From positions 93,164 to 157,163 of the forward strand of contig CAZERF010000002.1 in NCBI GenBank assembly GCA_964515375.1: a stretch of 64,000 nucleotides of DNA, read 5' to 3'. This stretch comes from an uncultured Candidatus Saccharibacteria bacterium. GTDB taxonomy: Bacteria; Patescibacteriota; Minisyncoccia; Phycocordibacterales; UBA6899. The notes beneath the pieces were generated by a model. That model was not told the DNA's origin. It saw only the letters and a list, made by a program, of their open reading frames with translations, and did no database searches. Positions 57,784 through 64,000 of this stretch are shown piece by piece. Each line of letters begins with the position of its first letter. The stretch's first letter is position 1. The position numbers and the translations under genes are program-made.

Positions 57784-58239
57784 ATGGCAATGAAACTACG
57801 TGCATCAAAAGAGGTCGTTGTCGCCGCTCTTGTGACCGACAAGGAGGGGAGAGTGCTCATTGTGGAACCCGAGCATAAGGAAGGATGGATCTTTCCCGGC
57901 GGTAGTGTTGAACAAGGAGAGCCACCCTCCGAGGCGTGCGCGCGTGCGATCGAAGAAGAGTTGGGGGTGAGCATCGAGAGTCCAACACGCCTCCTGAGTG
58001 TCGACTATCGCGGATGCGACGGAGAGTACATCATGTTTATTTTCGATTGTGGTACGTTTGACGATGAGCTCGTCAAGACGATCACTCTTCCGGAGGGATT
58101 ACTCGCATATCGCTTTGCGACCGTTGATGAGGCGATGAAACTTCTTCGCCCCAACAGTGCGCGTCGCCTCAAGCCGACGCTCGCGGCGCGAAGCGGGATG
58201 AGTATCGCATATCTCGAACACCAAGAACTCTTTTCTTGA
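57784..58239 (+). CDS. NUDIX hydrolase
   Basis: WIFPGGSVEQGEPPSEACARAIEEELG. Confidence 0.9.
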   Translation: MAMKLRASKEVVVAALVTDKEGRVLIVEPEHKEGWIFPGGSVEQGEPPSEACARAIEEELGVSIESPTRLLSVDYRGCDGEYIMFIFDCGTFDDELVKTITLPEGLLAYRFATVDEAMKLLRPNSARRLKPTLAARSGMSIAYLEHQELFS

Positions 58240-58377
58240 ACTTTTTGCGAGAGAGGAGGAGGTCGGTCATTTGTTGTGCCCTGTCGCGGTGCATAACTCC
58301 TCTTTTCATGTGCGTCATAATATGTACAATGGTACCTTCCTTGCCGATTAGACGGGGAAGTCAAAAGAAGACATTTT

Positions 58378-59643
58378 ATGGCAACTATTGCGATCATTGT
58401 GTTCGTGCTCGGGTACATCCTGATCACGTTAGAACACCGTTTGAGTGTCAACAAATCGATCACTGCGACCGCCATTGGTGCGATCCTTTGGGTCATTATC
58501 GCGCTTAGCGGTGAACACGTTGAGGAAGCTATTCACGGTATTTCCGCAGAAACCTTCTCGCTTGTTGCGTTCTTGCTTGCGGCCATGACGCTGGTCGAGA
58601 TCCTTGTTCACTATCGTTTTTTTGATTATGTTCGTGTGCGACTCTATGAGCTGGGTCTCGATGATCGATCCCAGCTCTTTCTTATCTCCGGTATCGCTTT
58701 TACTCTCTCGGCGGTCATCGACAACCTGACCACAACGATCGTCATGATCCAGATCGCGCGGCGATTCTTCAAAGGAAAGAATCTGTTGATCGCCGGAGGG
58801 TCTATTGTTGTCGCCGCGAACGCGGGCGGAGCATTCTCTCCGATCGGAGATGTGACCACGATCATGATCTGGCTTGCGGGAAAGTTCACCGCGACGGAGA
58901 TCCTTCTTTGGGGATTCTTGCCCGCACTCGCATTGCTTGTTGTGAGCACCTTCCTTTTTGCACGACAACTTGAAGGGACAACGCCTGACGAGAAGCCGGC
59001 GACTTTTGAGGACCTGACCCTCTCTCGTTCAGAGAAAACGGTCATCACGCTTGCCTTTCTCTCTTTCTCCTTTCCGGTCATCGCGCACCTGATCGGACTA
59101 CCACCCTTCATGGGGCTTTTGCTTGGGGTCGGTATCGTCGGAGGGGTCATTGGGTTCTTTGCAAACGGTTTTTCAAAGCGTGAATCCCACCTTTCGCTCG
59201 ATATTCAAAAGATCATGGGCAAGGTCGACATCACGAGCCTCCTTTTCTTTATTGGTATTCTCTTTGCGGTCGGCGCGTTGGGGCATCTTGGCGTACTTGA
59301 GCGGATCTCTCACTCTCTCTTTGGTGCGGATCCTGAATCGTGGCGGCTCATTCTCGGAAGTATTTTCTTGGGCATGGTCTCGTCGGTGTTGGATAACATT
59401 CCTCTTACTGCGGCCGCGCTCGATATCTTGAAGACGACTGACCCGTCGATCTGGGTACTCTTGGCGCTCGCGGTCGGAACAGGGGGTTCGCTTCTCGTTA
59501 TTGGTTCGGCAGCCGGAGTCGTTGCGATGGGCATGGTCAAAGAACTGACCTTCAAAAATTATGTAACGATCGCGACCCTCCCCGCGCTCTCTGGTTATGT
59601 TGTGTGTATGCTGGTCTGGTATATACAGTACCTTATTTTCTGA
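58378..59643 (+). CDS. nhaD: NhaD-type Na+/H+ antiporter
   Basis: SAVIDNLTTT, AANAGGAFSPIGDVTT, SSVLDNIPL, GTGGSLLVIGSAAGV. Confidence 0.92.
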   Translation: MATIAIIVFVLGYILITLEHRLSVNKSITATAIGAILWVIIALSGEHVEEAIHGISAETFSLVAFLLAAMTLVEILVHYRFFDYVRVRLYELGLDDRSQLFLISGIAFTLSAVIDNLTTTIVMIQIARRFFKGKNLLIAGGSIVVAANAGGAFSPIGDVTTIMIWLAGKFTATEILLWGFLPALALLVVSTFLFARQLEGTTPDEKPATFEDLTLSRSEKTVITLAFLSFSFPVIAHLIGLPPFMGLLLGVGIVGGVIGFFANGFSKRESHLSLDIQKIMGKVDITSLLFFIGILFAVGALGHLGVLERISHSLFGADPESWRLILGSIFLGMVSSVLDNIPLTAAALDILKTTDPSIWVLLALAVGTGGSLLVIGSAAGVVAMGMVKELTFKNYVTIATLPALSGYVVCMLVWYIQYLIF

Positions 59644-59703
59644 GTGAAATTTGTTGTGAGAGAAAAGAGTCGCCTTCCTCCGGCGACTCTTTTCTTTTGT
59701 TGG

Positions 59704-60153
59704 TCAACGAACAAGCGTCTTTCCCGATTTGGTCCACGCATTCGTTCCTCCATCCAACTCAACAATATTTTGAAATCTGAGCGCTCGCATTTCGTTCACC
59801 GCTGTCCTGCTCCTATTTCCGGAACGACAATAGACAAAATAGTATCCGTCCTTTGGGAGGGTCGCGATACGTGAGGTAAAGTCGGGAGCCGTTGCATCGA
59901 TCAGTGTCGCGCCCGCAATGTGCCCCTCCTTGAATTCTTCGGGCGTGCGAAGGTCGATGAGGGTTACATTGGAAGCATCGATATCCTTGCTCCACACAGA
60001 CACTGCCGCAAGATGAATCCCCGCTTTTGTATACAATTCATGAGAAGGGGAGTATCGCGCGAGAACGATGAGTAGTGCAATAAAGAGACCAGCAAGAATG
60101 ATCTTCTTTGCCGTAGAGAAGTGGAGCGTATGTTCCTTTGATCGTGTTGACAT
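59704..60153 (-). CDS. Rhodanese-like protein, membrane anchored
   Basis: IDLRTPEEFKEGHIAGA; VYCRSGNRS; LDGGTNAW. Confidence 0.92.
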   Translation of the reverse strand: MSTRSKEHTLHFSTAKKIILAGLFIALLIVLARYSPSHELYTKAGIHLAAVSVWSKDIDASNVTLIDLRTPEEFKEGHIAGATLIDATAPDFTSRIATLPKDGYYFVYCRSGNRSRTAVNEMRALRFQNIVELDGGTNAWTKSGKTLVR

Positions 60154-60263
60154 ATGAGAGGATGATACTCATTTGAAGTGGCTTCGACAAGCGTTTGACT
60201 TTGTTTTTGTATCGGCATAGAGTGTGAGCGGTTTGTTGCGAGTGTGTTTCATACGGAGGAAAT

Positions 60264-60501
60264 AATGAGAAGCGCACATTTTGTCCTTTCCTTGCTACGC
60301 GCAAAGTTTTCTCGAGGAACCTTTCGTTCTCCTGTCGGAGAATTTATTGATCGTCTTTCCGATATGGTCAACGATTCGGCTCGGCTCAACCTCAAACAGG
60401 AGCAGATGCTTGCCGAGCAGATCGGTGCGATCGAGAACGACGGAGCGTTGACACCAATGAATATGACCATGCTTGCCGTATGGATAAATAGCTGCGGATA
60501 A
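60264..60501 (+). CDS. Hypothetical protein
   Basis: GGAGGA RBS before the ATG; short helical ORF. Confidence 0.5.
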
Positions 60502-60595
60502 GCAGCTCCTTCTTGGCCCGCGCACGTCAATCGCGCGGGTTTTGCTTATATTTCTCTTTTGTGTTATAATTAAAAAATAGTTTAATTTATTATCT

Positions 60596-60946
60596 ATGGA
60601 GCAGTTGAACAATGAGGAGCGATACGGACAAGCGCGAAACGCTGATCGTATGTATGGAGATGCCGGTGAGGAAGATCGGTCATATCAATATGAAGGGGGT
60701 ATTGATCCTTCTCCTGAACTAAAGGGTCCATATCAGGGTCTTTCTTCCTTTACAACAAATCTTGTTGTTGGCGAAAATTTGAAGACATCGACCGAGTCTA
60801 TTCTCGATCCTCATGAGCAGATGGCGCGTCTTTTGGAGATGAAAATTACCGCAACGTTGGAGGGTGACAAAGAGAGGGAGACGCAGCTCCAAAAGATGAT
60901 CGCTCTTCATGGGGAAAAGCACAATATTCCATATAATGATCGGTGA
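60596..60946 (+). CDS. Hypothetical protein
   Basis: 116 aa ORF with TGTTATAAT promoter-like sequence upstream. Confidence 0.65.
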   Translation: MEQLNNEERYGQARNADRMYGDAGEEDRSYQYEGGIDPSPELKGPYQGLSSFTTNLVVGENLKTSTESILDPHEQMARLLEMKITATLEGDKERETQLQKMIALHGEKHNIPYNDR

Positions 60947-61042
60947 TCTTGCCCCCCGTTTTGAGTGGCGTTGAGTGCCTCGTGATCACACCCTTAGGAT
61001 GCTTCTGTAACATTGAATCATTGTAAAACTATCGTTTCATAG

Positions 61043-61963
61043 TCAACACCTTTGCATCACTTCCTGTGGTGTTTGATAATTGATTCCCATGTGTAATCGT
61101 TCCGTATTGTAATACGGAAGATATTTACTTATGGCGGCACGAAAGTCTTTCACGTTACGGGCAGTGTGATCCAGGCACTCTTCCTGAACTGTGCGATTAA
61201 ATCGCTCAACATGCGCATTGTCATTAGACTTCCGCACTCGAGAGTGTCGATGGGCGATCCCCATGGCAAGGAGTCGATGCGTGAAGCGGATGGTGAACTC
61301 CGGTCCGTTGCAACTCTGTACCATGACGAACGGAAAGGTCGTTTTTTTGTGCCGCATGCTTCAAGAACACTACACTTGCTTCCGCACCGATCTTCTCCAT
61401 CACCTCCGCATATGCCCATCGTGCATAGAGATCAATCAAGGTGTACAGGTATATCCGTGACCCGTCGGGAGCAAGGATGTGGATGGTGTCCACCTGTATC
61501 AGGGCTCCAGGAAAGGATGCTTCCGGTCTTGGAGCGGCATCATGTGGTCGTTTCCATGGACTACGTTTTTTGAGCAAGAAACTACGTTCCAGCGTGCGCT
61601 GTACTGAGGAAAGTGATACCTTCACACCATCGCGCAGAAGCAACTGATGGACCACTTGACCAGACCGATTGATCTCAGTGCGTTTCTTCACGATCGTCCG
61701 CACAATTTCCCGGAACAGGGCACGGGGACTCGTCTTCGGTCTCGAGGATCTGGTCGGAATCGCATCATATCCTCGTCGGGCCGCAATCTGTCCCCATCGT
61801 GCGATGGTACTTTGGTTGTATCCAAGATGTCGTGCCACATCTCTAGTACTCCATCCTTTTGCCAATAATACGACTGCATCACCCCTCCTCTTTGGCATCT
61901 TGGGGTTTGTGGTGTATGCCATATGTCTTCATGATAATCCACATGGTGATGCAAAGGTATTGA
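61043..61963 (-). mobile_element. IS481-like insertion sequence with a frameshifted DDE transposase
   Basis: Terminal inverted repeats 61043-61060 and 61946-61963 match at 17/18. ORF 61922-61224 has the HTH and LIQVDT..TLID; ORF 61357-61043 has NGPEF..NAHVERFNRT..YNTERLH. Confidence 0.85.
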
Positions 61964-62039
61964 AACATTACGACTATTTGACTAGTACTCTATTTTTTGA
62001 TATAATGAAATAGGTCAGTACAAAGACAAGGAGATAGTC

Positions 62040-62576
62040 ATGGGTGATAATGCAAGACTCTTGTGCCTCGCGCAAAAAGAGAAGCCCCTGCTTTTGTCGA
62101 GGGGTGATTTTATTCCGAGGGCATGGAAGGTGTTGCGCCGGTTCTTCGCTGTGCATCATGATGAACCGGAGGTGATTTCGGCGCGTGAACGTGAAGGATA
62201 TTTTCTTCCTCGGGTCTTTGCCGGAACCACGATCCTTCTTTCATCGCTCCCTACCCTTCCAACCACACAGAGTGTTGTAACGACCGGATCGCTTTTTCTT
62301 TTAGAACCTGAACTACCGATCTTTTCGCTCGACGCGTCTTTTGCGTGGTTTCCTGAGGTGAGTTCTTTGGGGGGGTTGATCACGCGGGTCTATTCTGATA
62401 GGTCTCATTTCACTCAAGAGGGTATTCCTCCCGATGCGACGCGCGCGTTCACATTGCTCGCGCTCAATCATCCGGAGATCTTTGACGAGGAAGAGGAGTG
62501 GACTCCTCACGTGCTCTACTCTTTCTTGAGAATGTTGCAGAGGGACCGCGCGGCGCTTGAGGTGTTGGTGCGGTAA
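62040..62576 (+). CDS. Hypothetical protein
   Basis: 178 aa ORF with AGGAG RBS. Confidence 0.6.
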   Translation: MGDNARLLCLAQKEKPLLLSRGDFIPRAWKVLRRFFAVHHDEPEVISAREREGYFLPRVFAGTTILLSSLPTLPTTQSVVTTGSLFLLEPELPIFSLDASFAWFPEVSSLGGLITRVYSDRSHFTQEGIPPDATRAFTLLALNHPEIFDEEEEWTPHVLYSFLRMLQRDRAALEVLVR

Positions 62577-62606
62577 TCTTGGATCTGTAAAATTTTGGAG
62601 GCACGA

Positions 62607-62852
62607 ATGAAGCAACATCTTGATCCGATCGAACCGGAGGGATTACGGCCGGGGTATGAAGGACTCGTTTCTTTCCCTCACTTTCAGGCGGAGACCACTC
62701 TTCCGGAGCCGTACAAGAAGAAGGGGCCGGAAGCGCTCCTTGCTCGGTTGCGTTCATCGCTTCTTGATGCGCGTGTCGAGGACAACACGGTCGAGATCTG
62801 TCGAATTGAGCGCATGATCGATCTCTTGTGTCGGCGTCACGGTCTTTCTTAG
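62607..62852 (+). CDS. Hypothetical protein
   Basis: GGAGG RBS before the ATG at 62607. Confidence 0.5.
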   Translation: MKQHLDPIEPEGLRPGYEGLVSFPHFQAETTLPEPYKKKGPEALLARLRSSLLDARVEDNTVEICRIERMIDLLCRRHGLS

Positions 62853-62914
62853 GTTTGAATATCCACGAACGGGGCAGATGCCCCGTTTTCTTTTTGTGTG
62901 TGTTGTGTATTCCC

Positions 62915-63343
62915 CTACTGCAGTTTTTTGTCTCGAACATCGCGAAAATTCACAAGAACATTCATTGAAAAATTCCACATGCCGGCCAAGAGCGCGATCG
63001 CGATGCGGGCGGTAAGGTAGTGGATCCCAAGTTTCTCAACCATAAAGTAAAGCCCTGCCGTGATGATCCCGAGTCCGACGAGCGCGATCAGGAGGAAGTA
63101 TGCGTACCCCGTCCATATTCCTCGTGTTGTCCCAAAAAAGACAAATCGTCTTGAGAGCATATAATTTCCGGTGATCGCAACAAGGAACGCGATGCTTGCG
63201 GAGAGGAGATAGTTGAGTCCGCCAAGTTCGGTAAGCAGAAAGAGGAGGAGAAGGTCAAGCGCGAAGGTTGCGGATGAGAATAAACTGTAACGCAAAAGTC
63301 TTCGGGAGAAAGATATTTCCGCGAGTCGTGTAATGATCCGCAT
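62915..63343 (-). CDS. GtrA family membrane protein
   Basis: LLRYSLFS..ALDLLLLFLL..NYMLSRRFVF..WNFSMN; four TM helices. Confidence 0.88.
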   Translation of the reverse strand: MRIITRLAEISFSRRLLRYSLFSSATFALDLLLLFLLTELGGLNYLLSASIAFLVAITGNYMLSRRFVFFGTTRGIWTGYAYFLLIALVGLGIITAGLYFMVEKLGIHYLTARIAIALLAGMWNFSMNVLVNFRDVRDKKLQ

Positions 63344-63415
63344 ACATAAAAAGTATAGCAAGAATAAAACACGGGACGAATGTCCCGTGTTTTCCATCCC
63401 ATGTTGGTGTTTGCG

Positions 63416-64000
63416 CTAGAAGGTCGGCGTGCACACGTAGATGAGTCTGTTTGTGTAGTCCGACGCCGCCGCTTGGAGTGCGGAGACCTGGATCTTGTAG
63501 CCTACGCGCGCCTTTCCGATGTTTTGTGTCGTTCCGTCCGCTGGTCCGGTATTTGAGAATACGGTGCGAGTTGTGGTTGCAAAGAAATTCCCGGCGTACT
63601 TGATAGCCGAACCCGAATAGAATTCGTTGCCATTCAAATCGGTATCGTTGCTCGTAAGGCCGATGTGTCCGTAAGTGGCGACATTGCCGAGGGTTGCACT
63701 TGGTGCTGCCCATGCGATCGGTGTGGCAACGCGCGCGCCGTCATTGAAAAGGTGAATGCGCGCACCGTTTCCGGACATGAGATCCTGGTCTTGGCGTACG
63801 GTTACGATGAAACCGTTTGCGGCATTCGTGGTGACCGAGAGATCCTGCGCCGCAAGGACCGGAGTTCCCGACGCGAGTGAACCGAAGCCGATCGCTGTCG
63901 CGGTGGTCGTGGTCGAGATCGTCTCGCCGTTGACGGTTTGCCCGCTTGCGACACCCGCGACGCTGAAGGTGAGTGTTGCGTCGACGGACGCGGTCACAGT
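63416..64000 (-). CDS. C-terminal part of a secreted/surface beta-rich protein (starts beyond the window)
   Basis: Open to the right edge; VTASVDATLTFSVAGV..VTTNAANGF..QAAASDYTNRLIYVCTPTF. Confidence 0.8.
   Translation of the reverse strand, partial: TVTASVDATLTFSVAGVASGQTVNGETISTTTTATAIGFGSLASGTPVLAAQDLSVTTNAANGFIVTVRQDQDLMSGNGARIHLFNDGARVATPIAWAAPSATLGNVATYGHIGLTSNDTDLNGNEFYSGSAIKYAGNFFATTTRTVFSNTGPADGTTQNIGKARVGYKIQVSALQAAASDYTNRLIYVCTPTF

Noticed and set aside
61340-61350. Programmed -1 frameshift at A-AAA-AAC in the transposase
   Set aside because: The downstream DDE frame is +1 relative to the upstream ORF, so a -1 shift would not join them.

Overview
A 64 kb chromosomal segment most consistent with a Patescibacteria (CPR, Parcubacteria-like) genome using the standard code 11. 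This taxonomy is inferred from gene content and was not checked by search. The moderately GC-rich backbone carries ruvA, rpsT, ruvX, a pilM/N/O-like cluster, acyP, uppS, an RluA-family gene, rplS, creD, a yeaG(prkA)-yeaH-spoVR operon, several transporters and seven tRNA genes, including an unusual tRNA-Arg(GCG). An ~18 kb integrative element sits at the 3' end of tRNA-His. It carries a large serine recombinase, a ParB-methylase, a GHKL ATPase linked to type III restriction-modification, a DUF4238-like gene and surface proteins. Smaller cassettes follow (Fic, NUDIX, DUF2075-like), separated by degenerate tRNA-end and leader repeats. The most striking unexplained signal is non-coding. At tRNA-Leu(GAG), tRNA-Leu(CAG) and tRNA-His, the tRNA is followed by an inverted copy of its own T-arm/acceptor end, a short structured insert with motifs shared between loci, and then a direct copy of the same end. 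tRNA-Val and tRNA-Leu(CAG) also have duplicate copies broken in the D-loop. Other notable items are an orphan Hcp with a Sec signal peptide, a pilin-like/Calx-beta protein missing from the ORF track, widespread leaderless-type promoters, and two single-lesion pseudogenes. No CRISPR array or rRNA was seen.
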